From the IMG/VR virus record IMGVR_UViG_3300021387_000008: a stretch of 64,000 nt of DNA; one strand, given 5' to 3'. The DNA is from an uncultured virus (IMG/VR IMGVR_UViG_3300021387_000008) (Duplodnaviria; Heunggongvirae; Uroviricota; Caudoviricetes; Crassvirales). How positions within the stretch are numbered: position 1 is the first letter of the stretch; each line of letters opens with the position of its first letter. A program made the position numbers and the translations under genes. Shown piece by piece: positions 7,160 to 16,879 of this stretch. The notes beneath the pieces are model-generated. The model ran no database searches, was not told where the DNA came from, and saw only the letters and a program-made list of their open reading frames with translations.

Positions 7160-9475
7160 ATGATTAAATCATTAGCACTTGATGTTGAAATCTTCGTAAA
7201 TCTCTTTAGCGTGACTTTTGTAGATTTACAAGATTATATGAAAACATTTTCAGATTGTGTTGATGCTAAAGGTAAACCTGTAGCATTACCAGAGAAACTT
7301 TCTGTAGCTGAGATTAAGTCTCGTCTTGATAAAGTTAAAAGTAAAATCTTTTGGATTAGTGATACCGATGATACTCAATTAGTTCCATTAGTTGCGTATA
7401 TTAATAATATGCAATCTCACTATGATACTAAAGAAGATGAAAACGGTAATATTACTCAGATTCCTGTTAGAACTGATTTATTTGGTTTTAACAATCAAGG
7501 ATATGATGACCTTATGATAAAAGGTTTTATGATGCATTATAATCGCTATGATAGTACTAAGAATTTGATTAAATATCTATTTAATCTTAGTCAGAAAATC
7601 ATTAAACTTCAAGGTGATAGAGATGCATTTTATGGTGATAAAGATATAGACTTATTGAAGTATTATAAGCTTCCTTATGCTACTGTTGACCTTCAGCGTG
7701 TTTACGGTCTTCATTCTGCAAGCGTTGTAGTTGATAAAGAAGGTAACCGTAATAAGTTTGGTAAAAGTCTTAAACAGACTTCTATTAATCTTAAATGGCA
7801 TGAACTACTCGACTTTACTCTCCCGCCTATAGACAAAGAAGAATATGATGCTTATTGGAAAACTATTGATAGATATCGTGGTATGGATTTAGAACATCTA
7901 AATGAACTTATTACTAACGATTTTGAACGATATGTTCTTCCTAAGTATATAGAGCCAATGCTTTATTATAATAAAAATGACGTATTTCTTGTTTGTGAAA
8001 TGGCTAGACAAAAGCCTGATGAAATTAAATTGAGATATTCAATAACACAGGCTTTTAAAGTTAATGTTCTATGTAGTGCTCGTGCTAATATTGCTGATAA
8101 GCTTACTATAGCCTTTTATTCTAAAATGAGTGGACTTCATCAAAGTCAATTTGAGAAAGGACGTACTGAAAGAACTCGTCTTAGTTTCAATAAGATTATT
8201 TTCCCTCATATTAAATTTAAGACTAAACAACTTCAAGATTTACTTGAAGATATGATGAAAGTGTATGTATATCATACTAATAAAGATGACTTTTGTAGAG
8301 AAATAACTTTTTATGGTACAACTTATACTCTTGCATGTGGAGGAATTCATACTCAAGATGTACCTGTTGTACTTGAGTCTAATGATAAATATATTTATAA
8401 ACATTTTGACTATAATAGTTATTATCCTTCTATAATTGTATCTTATAATATTGCGCCTAAACACTTAAACAATAAAGTTTTTGTGGATATGGTTCGATAC
8501 TTTCGTGATACTCGTGTTAAATGTAAGCATACACCAGACTCTGAAGGTTATATAATTGCTGGAGTCCCAAATAAGATTGCAGCAGAAGCTCTTAAGATTG
8601 TAATTAATTCTATTTATGGTAAATTTGGTAGTGAACTATTCTTTCTTTATGATAGATTTGCTCAACTTCAAGTTACTATTAATGGTCAATTAATGACAAT
8701 GACTCTTGTTGAAGAATTGGAACTTAATGGTATCCATGTTATAAGTGCAAACACTGATGGTATTGTTATTAAACTTCCTAAAGATAAATTGGAAGTATTT
8801 AATGATATAACCAAAAGATGGAATGAAACTAATAGAATGGGTGCTGATAGTGAAGATTATAAAGCATATTTTGCTAGAGATGTAAATAATTATTTTGCTG
8901 TATGGCCTGATGAAAAAGTAGATGCTAAAGGTGCATTAGACCCTAAACAATATCTTAAAGATTTGAAGAAAGGTTATGATATGCCTATTGTAGCAAAAGC
9001 TGTTTTCGAATATCTTTATCATAATATCCCTGTAATGGAAACTCTTCAGAAAAGTACTGATATTCTTGACTTTTGTAAAACTCAGAATGTTGGTAGACAA
9101 TTTGAAGTAGTTTATGAAACTATAGAAAATAACAAAATTGTTACTGTTCATAGTCAGCGACACGTCAGATTCTATGTTTCTTCTAAAGGGGTGGTTATAC
9201 AAAAAGAAAATGTTAATGACCATAAACGGCAAAAACTTGCATCAGGTCTTCCAGTTCAAATTCTTAATTCTTTAGATGATAAACCAATAGAAGAGAGAAA
9301 TATAGACTTTGGTTATTATTATAAAGAAGCATATAAGATTATAGACCCTATTAAGCTTGGTATTTCATCTACAATGAAAGCTGATGCTCAAAAAGGTACT
9401 AAATCTGGTAAACTTCTTCTTAAGAAATATTCTAAAGACTATCTTACTCTATTTGATGAAGATGATTTTAATTAA
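7160..9475 (+). CDS. family B DNA polymerase
   Basis: Exonuclease ALDVE and GFNNQGYD; polymerase motifs DYNSYYPS, KIVINSIYGK, NTDG; ATG at 7160. Confidence 0.92.
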   Translation: MIKSLALDVEIFVNLFSVTFVDLQDYMKTFSDCVDAKGKPVALPEKLSVAEIKSRLDKVKSKIFWISDTDDTQLVPLVAYINNMQSHYDTKEDENGNITQIPVRTDLFGFNNQGYDDLMIKGFMMHYNRYDSTKNLIKYLFNLSQKIIKLQGDRDAFYGDKDIDLLKYYKLPYATVDLQRVYGLHSASVVVDKEGNRNKFGKSLKQTSINLKWHELLDFTLPPIDKEEYDAYWKTIDRYRGMDLEHLNELITNDFERYVLPKYIEPMLYYNKNDVFLVCEMARQKPDEIKLRYSITQAFKVNVLCSARANIADKLTIAFYSKMSGLHQSQFEKGRTERTRLSFNKIIFPHIKFKTKQLQDLLEDMMKVYVYHTNKDDFCREITFYGTTYTLACGGIHTQDVPVVLESNDKYIYKHFDYNSYYPSIIVSYNIAPKHLNNKVFVDMVRYFRDTRVKCKHTPDSEGYIIAGVPNKIAAEALKIVINSIYGKFGSELFFLYDRFAQLQVTINGQLMTMTLVEELELNGIHVISANTDGIVIKLPKDKLEVFNDITKRWNETNRMGADSEDYKAYFARDVNNYFAVWPDEKVDAKGALDPKQYLKDLKKGYDMPIVAKAVFEYLYHNIPVMETLQKSTDILDFCKTQNVGRQFEVVYETIENNKIVTVHSQRHVRFYVSSKGVVIQKENVNDHKRQKLASGLPVQILNSLDDKPIEERNIDFGYYYKEAYKIIDPIKLGISSTMKADAQKGTKSGKLLLKKYSKDYLTLFDEDDFN

Positions 9476-9478
9476 ATT

Positions 9479-10900
9479 ATGACAGCTGACGAAATATTTG
9501 AAAATGCTGCACTTAATTGGAGAGATAATAAAGGGGTTGGAACTGCATTTGTTCCAGCTCCTCTTAATAATAAAGTGTTAGTATATCAAATTCTTGCTAA
9601 ATTATATGCAAGAAGTCCTACAAGTACTACTGTTATAATAGTTAATAAATTTACTACAAGAAGTGAGTTAATAGAATTTCTTACTACTACAGAAGATGAA
9701 GATAACAATAAAGAATTTAAAAATCTTATTGATAATAAGTTAATTAGAATTTTTACTGTTGATTTCATACTTAGTTGTAAATGGAAATCTAGTGCTACAT
9801 TATGTGTTTGGTATACTCCTGAAACATATATTCACGGAGTTGCTATATATGTAGCATTTTGTAAATACAAACTTGTTGTTTTAAATAAACTATTTACTAA
9901 CAATGATGATAGTACAAACTTGTATAAAATTGCACCTCTTCTTGATTGTTTTAAGCAAGCTGAAATTGATGCATTGCGTGTAAGCTCCCCCGTAGAAGAA
10001 ACATTGATTGATGTAGTGATACCTGAGGATACTGAAGATTATAAACTTTATCAATATTATTGTAAATATATTGAAACTAGTCTTAATATCTTTGGTTCTT
10101 TTGATATTATGCAACAAGCTCGTATTGGTAACACAGTACTAAATATTTCTTCTGCTACTATTTGTGCTCAAATTGCTCAAGAAAACGGATGGAATGAACA
10201 TCTTGATATGTCTTTTGAATATAATAGACAAATAGATGAACTTTACAATCCTAATAATCTTAGAGATAGAGCTACACAAACTTATGAAATTATACGTAAT
10301 AGAACTAATCTTTTAGCTGATTATGAAGGTAAGCTTGAAAAAGTTTTGGAGTTGGTTAAAGAACATTCTGGGGATAAGATTCTTATTATAAATAAACGTG
10401 GTGAATTTGCAAACAAAGTTACAGAGTTTTTAAATAATAATTCTGAAACTGATATTTGTGGAAACTATCACAATAAAGTAGATAACATTGATGCAGTTGA
10501 TGTTTATGGTAGACCTATCTATTTTAAGAGTGGCGCAGAAAAAGGTAAACGTAAATCTATGGGTGCTAGAGCGCAAATGAGTCTTAATGAAGATAAGTTT
10601 AATCTAGGAATGATTAATTGCTTAAGTTTATCTAATGCTCCAGATAAATCTCTCTGTGTAGAAGTTGATGTTGTTATAATTACATCTCCTTTATGTGAAG
10701 ATATAGAATCTTATCTATATAGATTAAGTAATGTTCATATTCGTAATGGTAAAATAAAATTATTTTCTATCTTTTGCAGAAACACTATTGAACACCAAAG
10801 GTTATTTAACAAACCGATGACAGAAACGCACACAATAGTTAATAAAAGTGAATTTAATGCTGATGATGGAAATAAATTTGATTTTATCATTGCAGATTGA
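9479..10900 (+). CDS. SF2 helicase-like protein, probably inactive
   Basis: Helicase-like layout (KLEKVLELVKEHSGDKILII...VDVVII) but no GKT or DExx; follows PolB. Confidence 0.55.
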   Translation: MTADEIFENAALNWRDNKGVGTAFVPAPLNNKVLVYQILAKLYARSPTSTTVIIVNKFTTRSELIEFLTTTEDEDNNKEFKNLIDNKLIRIFTVDFILSCKWKSSATLCVWYTPETYIHGVAIYVAFCKYKLVVLNKLFTNNDDSTNLYKIAPLLDCFKQAEIDALRVSSPVEETLIDVVIPEDTEDYKLYQYYCKYIETSLNIFGSFDIMQQARIGNTVLNISSATICAQIAQENGWNEHLDMSFEYNRQIDELYNPNNLRDRATQTYEIIRNRTNLLADYEGKLEKVLELVKEHSGDKILIINKRGEFANKVTEFLNNNSETDICGNYHNKVDNIDAVDVYGRPIYFKSGAEKGKRKSMGARAQMSLNEDKFNLGMINCLSLSNAPDKSLCVEVDVVIITSPLCEDIESYLYRLSNVHIRNGKIKLFSIFCRNTIEHQRLFNKPMTETHTIVNKSEFNADDGNKFDFIIAD

Positions 10901-10921
10901 AATATTTTTTGTATCTTTGCA
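10888..10921 (+). promoter_or_regulatory. Bacteroidota-type promoter
   Basis: ATTG(CAG)-spacer-TATCTTTG(CA) just upstream of the RecT-like gene. Confidence 0.65.
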
Positions 10922-10954
10922 GTGTAAAAGTTAAACAAAACGCTCTTTGAAATA

Positions 10955-11884
10955 ATGGACAAATTAGAGAAAACTAATGGCGGTAATACTCGTGCATTGA
11001 GTATTGAACATAATGATACTGCTACTGGTTTAAGAGTTCTACAACTTCTTGATGATAAGCAACTTGTTGCTGCTGAAAACTTTATCAAGCGAGTTATGGG
11101 AAGTCCTAAAAGTGGAATTAGTAACGTGCAAGAGGGTTTAGCTGTTCTTATGAGAGCAAATGACCTTCAACTCCCTTTTAGTTCTTGTCTTGAACATATC
11201 CATGTTATTAATGGTAAAACTGGTGTAGATATTCATATAATAAAGTCGTTATTATCGAGGGCAGGAGTAACTTGGGAATGCACTAAAGATTATACTCCTC
11301 AGTATCAGTATACTGACGGTAATACGATTTATCTTGAAACACAACTTCCTCAATATTGTGTTAGATGTCGTACTGCCAAAGAAGCTGAGGAATTTACTAA
11401 GACTAATAAAGACGAAAAAGTTGGTGTTTATCCTGTAAAATGGTATAAAGATTTAGCCAATAGAATCTATAATGAATTTCAGGTTTCTGCTCAATGTGTT
11501 GAAGCTATTAATAAAGCTCATGCAGAAAAGATTAAAGCTGAAGGTAACTTTCCTATTATTAGGATACCTGCTAAACCCATAGATTTTGTTACTGAATATA
11601 CATTTACACGATATGTGAAAAACTTAGGTGGTATTGTTAAGCAAACTGCTGTAAGTCACTTTTCACTAACTGAAGCACAAGCTGCTGGATTCTTTGAAAA
11701 AGATACTTATAAAAAGTATGCTCGTGTAATGATTGGTCATCGTGCATTTAGCCTAGGCGCTAAGGATATAGCTAGTGATATTATCCAAGGTGTTATGGAA
11801 ACTTCTGAACTCAATCTTATTGATGACACTACAATAGATTGTAACGATTTTACTGAATATTTAGATGAAAGCCAAGATGGATGA
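10955..11884 (+). CDS. RecT/Bet-like single-strand annealing recombinase
   Basis: LEHIHVINGKTGV and YKKYARVMIGHRAFSLGAKD resemble RecT/Redbeta family motifs; acidic tail. Confidence 0.7.
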   Translation: MDKLEKTNGGNTRALSIEHNDTATGLRVLQLLDDKQLVAAENFIKRVMGSPKSGISNVQEGLAVLMRANDLQLPFSSCLEHIHVINGKTGVDIHIIKSLLSRAGVTWECTKDYTPQYQYTDGNTIYLETQLPQYCVRCRTAKEAEEFTKTNKDEKVGVYPVKWYKDLANRIYNEFQVSAQCVEAINKAHAEKIKAEGNFPIIRIPAKPIDFVTEYTFTRYVKNLGGIVKQTAVSHFSLTEAQAAGFFEKDTYKKYARVMIGHRAFSLGAKDIASDIIQGVMETSELNLIDDTTIDCNDFTEYLDESQDG

Positions 11885-12506
11885 AATATGGAAAGATATT
11901 GCTGATATTAGAGGTTATCAAATAAGTAATTTTGGTAATATAAGGTCTGTTGATAGAGTTGTTAATCATTCTAATTCTCCTAGCAAACAAGCTATTAAGA
12001 AAGGACAACCTATTAAACCTTTTATAAATAAAGGAGGTTATAAAGAAGTTGTTTTACTTAAGAAATGTTTTGTTGGTACTGGATATAATAAAGTTCATAG
12101 AACTATACATAGGTTGGTTGCACAAGCTTTCTTAGAAAATCCTAATAAATATGAAGAAATAAATCACAAAGATGAAAACAAGTTAAATAACAATGTTAAT
12201 AATCTAGAGTGGTGTTCTCGTATTTATAATGTACTCTATGGTACTGGTAACAAAAGAAGTCATGAAAGTAGAGAACAAGCTATAATATCTATAATAGATG
12301 GAATTAGAACTATTTATAAAAGTTCTAAAATAGCTGCTCCTAAAGAATGTGTATCTATTGCTGCTATACGATATAGAGTAAGAAAAGGATATTTTAAACG
12401 TAAGTTTGGTCATTCTAATAAGATTGATATTTGGAGATTGGCAAATGCTAAAGAAATCGAATTACTAGGTTCTAGTAATTTTGTAACTATCAAAGATGAA
12501 GATTAG
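11865..12506 (+). CDS. NUMOD4-HNH homing endonuclease
   Basis: EIWKDI..YQISNFGNIRS (NUMOD4); IHRLVAQAFL..INHKDENKLNNNVNNLEWC (HNH). Confidence 0.93.
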   Translation: MKAKMDEIWKDIADIRGYQISNFGNIRSVDRVVNHSNSPSKQAIKKGQPIKPFINKGGYKEVVLLKKCFVGTGYNKVHRTIHRLVAQAFLENPNKYEEINHKDENKLNNNVNNLEWCSRIYNVLYGTGNKRSHESREQAIISIIDGIRTIYKSSKIAAPKECVSIAAIRYRVRKGYFKRKFGHSNKIDIWRLANAKEIELLGSSNFVTIKDED

Positions 12507-12604
12507 TCGACTTTATCTTTAATCTTAAGACTATTAAAGAATGTGGTTCTAAACTACATAGTGTTAATTCATTTTATTTTATTAATTTTTAAATTCCTAC
12601 AATT

Positions 12605-13423
12605 ATGAAACTCGGAATTAAGTTTAATGTAAACGCCGTATTGGCAGGTCAGAAGTCTAGTCTTATGAATGCAACTCCTCAGCTTATTGCTAAGAGTACA
12701 ACTGGTCAATTTACCATCACAAGTCCTGTATCTAAGGCTCTTGCTATTGCCGCAGGTGAGAATGTTATGTTCCTTAATAACATTGCTGGTATTGAGGCTT
12801 TGATTCAGAGTCAGCCTGATGAACTTGTTAACTATTGTAATGAGAATGGTTGGGATATTAATACTCCCGAAGGTCAGGAAGCTCTTATTAAAGACCAGAC
12901 TGTTTGGTATATTGCTAAGGGTGTTGCTCTGTTTAAGCGTAGTGGTGAGCCTCTGCTGAGTACTATTCGTGTTACTAAGGAAGAGAAGCTTGCTCAGATT
13001 GCTGAACATGGTGTTGAGATGATTGCTGCTATGTCTGAGGAAGATAAGGCTGCTTTCGCTGCTGCTAAGGGTCTTGAGGGTGCTTCTGATGAGGAACTCG
13101 CTGCTGCTCTGACTCCCGAAGATATTCCTTCACCTACTTGTCCTGCTGCTGCTGGTTCTAAGACTGCTGCTACTGCTCAGGCTACAGGTATTGGTCTTCA
13201 GCTGAACTTTACAGATACTGCTATTTGGGATGCTCTTAAGGCTGACCTGGGTGAGGATAAGACTAACTTCAATCGTGTATTTGATGTTAAGCTTGATGCT
13301 CCTGAAGAGGCTGAGTATAACAATGGTAAGGAGAATGTTACTCTGACTATTTATCCTCTTGAGTTTGTTGAGGATAAGACTCCTATGGTTCGTGGTAAGA
13401 AAGGCGAAGAGGCTGCTGAGTAA
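12605..13423 (+). CDS. replication-module protein, probably highly expressed, possibly ssDNA-binding
   Basis: 272 aa; biased codons (AAG, GAG, CAG, CTG); directly upstream of SSB. Confidence 0.6.
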   Translation: MKLGIKFNVNAVLAGQKSSLMNATPQLIAKSTTGQFTITSPVSKALAIAAGENVMFLNNIAGIEALIQSQPDELVNYCNENGWDINTPEGQEALIKDQTVWYIAKGVALFKRSGEPLLSTIRVTKEEKLAQIAEHGVEMIAAMSEEDKAAFAAAKGLEGASDEELAAALTPEDIPSPTCPAAAGSKTAATAQATGIGLQLNFTDTAIWDALKADLGEDKTNFNRVFDVKLDAPEEAEYNNGKENVTLTIYPLEFVEDKTPMVRGKKGEEAAE

Positions 13424-13450
13424 TCTCTAATTTGTCTTGATAAAGATGCT

Positions 13451-13482
13451 TGGGGAGGTATTCATATTTGAGTATCTCCCCA
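13451..13482 (+). terminator. hairpin/terminator
   Basis: TGGGGAGGTATTCA-tatt-TGAGTATCTCCCCA. Confidence 0.6.
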
Positions 13483-13519
13483 TATTTATCTTCATTAATT
13501 TTTAAAACTTAATTAAGTT

Positions 13520-14449
13520 ATGGCAGAAACAAAAGAAACTAAAGCAGGAGTGGCTGCAGAAGCTCCTGTAAAGAAAGCTAGGAGAGGTGTTAGTAATGAA
13601 ACTAAAGCAACTACTCAGTTGAGATTTCATGAAAAAGACGCTGCTCCTAACGGTCTGTTTATGGCACATCTTCACAATGTGTCTGTAGAGTGGTCTACTA
13701 ATGCTGATGGTAAACAGTTTACTGGTGAGAAAGTTCCTCGCCTTCAGTTTGAGTTTGCTAGTAACACCGCAGATGCTAAGGAAATGCGTCATGTCTATCA
13801 ATCTCTCTTTCCTGTTGAGAGTAATGTTAATACTATTCCTGGAGGTTCAGAAGAGTGGAAGGTTAATCAGGTTCTGAATTGGATTAAGCACGTTCTTGAT
13901 GTTTATTATCTGAGAGGTCGTAAGCTTACTGAAGCAGAAGAGGATGCTCTTAGTCTTCCGTTTATGGACTTCGATGATGATGGTAATTTTGTTGCTCTTG
14001 ACGTTAAGGAAATTCTCGGTGGCTATGCTCAGTTGTTTAACAATGTTGTAGCTATGATGAATGGTACTTTCGGTCTTGCTGAAGGAGAAACAGCTAAACC
14101 TTGTTATCGTGATGACAATGGTAAATTCCTTCGTTGTTGGATTAAGCTTCTCCGTCATAAGAAAGTTAAGGGAGAATGGAAGAATGTAACACAGAATGGT
14201 GACCTTGGATTTGATATGTTTATTGGTTCAGGTTGTATTGAATTAGCACCTAATCCTAATTCTCAGCCTAAAATCATTAGCGTAGATAGTTCTAAGGAAT
14301 CTATTACTCCTAAGGAAGTTAAGAAAGCTCCTACTATTCCTGGAATGGCAGGTGCTGATGGTGGCGTAATGGTAGCTATGCCTGGTATGGGTGGTACTGC
14401 CGCAGGTAGTGCTTATAATGAAGCAGCTGCTGATGATATGCCATTCTAA
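13520..14449 (+). CDS. ssb: single-stranded DNA-binding protein
   Basis: Gly/Ala-rich linker and C-terminal DDMPF, like the SSB-Ct DDIPF tail; upstream of primase. Confidence 0.7.
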   Translation: MAETKETKAGVAAEAPVKKARRGVSNETKATTQLRFHEKDAAPNGLFMAHLHNVSVEWSTNADGKQFTGEKVPRLQFEFASNTADAKEMRHVYQSLFPVESNVNTIPGGSEEWKVNQVLNWIKHVLDVYYLRGRKLTEAEEDALSLPFMDFDDDGNFVALDVKEILGGYAQLFNNVVAMMNGTFGLAEGETAKPCYRDDNGKFLRCWIKLLRHKKVKGEWKNVTQNGDLGFDMFIGSGCIELAPNPNSQPKIISVDSSKESITPKEVKKAPTIPGMAGADGGVMVAMPGMGGTAAGSAYNEAAADDMPF

Positions 14450-14501
14450 TTAACTGCGAGAACGTCGTTCTGACGGTCTTGCTAATGGTTGTGTTCATAA
14501 T

Positions 14502-14536
14502 AGGGCTAGCTTCAGCAATGAGGCTAGCCTTCTTTT
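14502..14536 (+). terminator. intrinsic terminator
   Basis: AGGGCTAGCTTCA-GCAA-TGAGGCTAGCCTT then CTTTT. Confidence 0.7.
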
Positions 14537-14546
14537 ATATCTTAAC

Positions 14547-15773
14547 ATGAGAAGAAATCCTAATACTAGTAGTCTTACTAAAGAGTATATTGAGTCTAAG
14601 ATTAGTCAAGAAGCTATTGTAAGTAAGTACTTGGGTATTCCTATGGAAACTATACAAAATTGTATAGCTAAAAATGCTCTTATTGAAAGTGTCTTTCGTG
14701 ATGATGACACTAATAAGAGTATGGGTATACAATTTAATGCTAAAGGACGACTTAAAGTTCGTGACTTTGGAGGTTATGGTTTTTTTGAGGATATCTATGG
14801 GGTTGTAGCTTATGTTTTGAGTATTGCCTTTGAAAGAAAGATTGAAACCAGTAACAAACAAGATTTCTATTTTGTTCTTAAACATATAGCATATACTTTC
14901 AGTGATATTATAGACGGAAAAGAAGTTGACCCTAACGTTCAACCTTTATTAGCAAAAGCTGTTGCTAAAGGTAGAACAAAGAAAACTATTATAGATATTG
15001 CGCCTAGAAGTTGGAATAAATATGATAAAGACATATGGGCTCGTTGGGGTGTAGATTTGAATTATCTTAATACTCACTTTGTAATTCCTGTCGAACAATA
15101 TTATCTTAATCGAACTGTTGATACAGAACCTAAATACTATTACAAAGCAAAAGACCCATGTTATGCTTATATGCTTGGAACTAATAGACAAGGTGTTCGT
15201 CTTGTTAAACTTTATTTCCCTAAGAGAAATCGTCGTACTGAATTGAAATTTGTAACTAATTGTAATGTTCTTGAAGGTTTACTTAATCTTGAACTTGATA
15301 ATTATGATTACATTTTAATTACTAAAAGTAGTAAAGATAGATTGAGTATTGGTAATCATCTAATGCACAATCCTCTCTACGGGGGAGCTAGAAAACTCAA
15401 TATAGGAGTTATAAATCTTCCAAGTGAAAATTATAGACTTCGTCAAGTAGAATATGATTGGCTTGTTAAAAAACTTGCTAATGATGGTATGATACTTAGC
15501 CTTCTTGATTTCGATAGAACTGGTAGAGATGGTGCTAAATATTTAGAAGAGGAATATAATATTCCTTATCTCTTTATAACTCGTGGTGAATTTGGTCTAC
15601 CTAATTTTAATTGCAAAGATTTTGCAGACCTCCACGATAAATTTAATAAAAATCAAATTAATAGATTTATTGAAGATACTAAAAAATATGTCGAACTCAG
15701 ATTTAAATCTTCACAAAATTCAGATGCCTTTGACGGATTTGACGTATCAGGTGATATGCTCCCGTTCTATTAG
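14547..15773 (+). CDS. DNA primase (crAss-type, TOPRIM)
   Basis: ITKSSKD, LLDFDRTG (DxD) and KDFAD TOPRIM-like motifs; N-terminal SVFRDD..S..DFG domain. Confidence 0.82.
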   Translation: MRRNPNTSSLTKEYIESKISQEAIVSKYLGIPMETIQNCIAKNALIESVFRDDDTNKSMGIQFNAKGRLKVRDFGGYGFFEDIYGVVAYVLSIAFERKIETSNKQDFYFVLKHIAYTFSDIIDGKEVDPNVQPLLAKAVAKGRTKKTIIDIAPRSWNKYDKDIWARWGVDLNYLNTHFVIPVEQYYLNRTVDTEPKYYYKAKDPCYAYMLGTNRQGVRLVKLYFPKRNRRTELKFVTNCNVLEGLLNLELDNYDYILITKSSKDRLSIGNHLMHNPLYGGARKLNIGVINLPSENYRLRQVEYDWLVKKLANDGMILSLLDFDRTGRDGAKYLEEEYNIPYLFITRGEFGLPNFNCKDFADLHDKFNKNQINRFIEDTKKYVELRFKSSQNSDAFDGFDVSGDMLPFY

Positions 15774-16173
15774 TAAAGTAGAAACTGAGCTTGTTATTAT
15801 GATTCCTATTTCAGAAAAGGAAGAAGCTGCGCTTGATAAAGGACTTCTTGTTACTAAAAGAGATGGTTTTCAATTTACTATTGACAAATCTACAGTTATT
15901 TGTTATGGTGAAATAGATTTCCATGATAGCTCTGATGATTTTGATGTTATTCAAGGTATGAATTGGCTAGACCATTTAGGTTCTTTAGGAGTATGTGTTC
16001 CTTCTGATTATAATTATGAAGAACATTGTTGCTATAGTCCTATAAAATCTTATAGATATTATGATACTACTAATCCTGCTGTTGTAGCACAATATATGCA
16101 CGCTAGATTAGGTAAGCCTCAACGTTGTTGTATCTTTAAAGAAAAGAGAAATGGAGTACACAGAGTTGCGTGA
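15688..16173 (+). CDS. hypothetical protein (start uncertain)
   Basis: ORF 15583..16173; first ATG at 15688 overlaps the primase end. Confidence 0.6.
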   Translation: MSNSDLNLHKIQMPLTDLTYQVICSRSISKVETELVIMIPISEKEEAALDKGLLVTKRDGFQFTIDKSTVICYGEIDFHDSSDDFDVIQGMNWLDHLGSLGVCVPSDYNYEEHCCYSPIKSYRYYDTTNPAVVAQYMHARLGKPQRCCIFKEKRNGVHRVA

Positions 16174-16681
16174 TTATATTACAACTCTTGATGATGCTGA
16201 TAAACAAATAATAGATAATAGAGTTGTTGAGAAAGGTATTGAACAATATCTTAATCAGCAACTTATTTATCTAGATTGTTCTCGTGTTATTCAAGGTATG
16301 AGAATGATGCAAACTATTGGTTATCCTTATCAAAGAGAAGTCTCTTCTTATCTTTATGCCGTTGACAACTGTGTAAACTTTATGACAGTTGAAGATAATA
16401 ATCCTAATAATTTTGCTAAAGATTATTGGATTAGTCTTTTGCTTAATAGACATCATAAAAACCTTGAATATGAGAAAGAAAATCCTCCTATTTGGTATGG
16501 TGGTAAGAAAGCTAAAGATAAATGGGATAAAGAGCACGGTAAGCACCCCCGTAGAAAGAAATCTAGTGAGGGTACTATCCCTGGTATGGGTAAAGAAATA
16601 AGTAATAAAGAAAGACTTAAAAAGCTTAGTGCTCAGTTTGGTAATCTAACTTTTAAAATTAAACCTCCTAAAAAAGATTAA
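16151..16681 (+). CDS. hypothetical protein
   Basis: 176-aa ORF with basic C-terminus. Confidence 0.7.
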   Translation: MEYTELRDYITTLDDADKQIIDNRVVEKGIEQYLNQQLIYLDCSRVIQGMRMMQTIGYPYQREVSSYLYAVDNCVNFMTVEDNNPNNFAKDYWISLLLNRHHKNLEYEKENPPIWYGGKKAKDKWDKEHGKHPRRKKSSEGTIPGMGKEISNKERLKKLSAQFGNLTFKIKPPKKD

Positions 16682-16684
16682 GTT

Positions 16685-16879
16685 ATGATTGGATATGTAG
16701 CTAAAGATAAAAACGGACAAGTTTATCTTCATCCTAACAAACCTGTTTATGAAGATGAATATGAAGGTTGGTTTTCTAATCCAGATTGTTTAAATATTAC
16801 AGATGAATATCCTGAATTTGATAATTTAGATTATACTGATGAACCTATTAAAGTTGAAATTAAATTAGAAAGAGTATGA
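16685..16879 (+). CDS. small hypothetical protein
   Basis: 64 aa; YVAKDKNGQVYL..KP motif; ATGA overlap with the ligase. Confidence 0.7.
   Translation: MIGYVAKDKNGQVYLHPNKPVYEDEYEGWFSNPDCLNITDEYPEFDNLDYTDEPIKVEIKLERV

Noticed and set aside
7160..9475. Intein or intron in the polymerase or other replication genes
   Set aside because: Motifs are contiguous, lengths are normal, and no intein termini or frame breaks were seen
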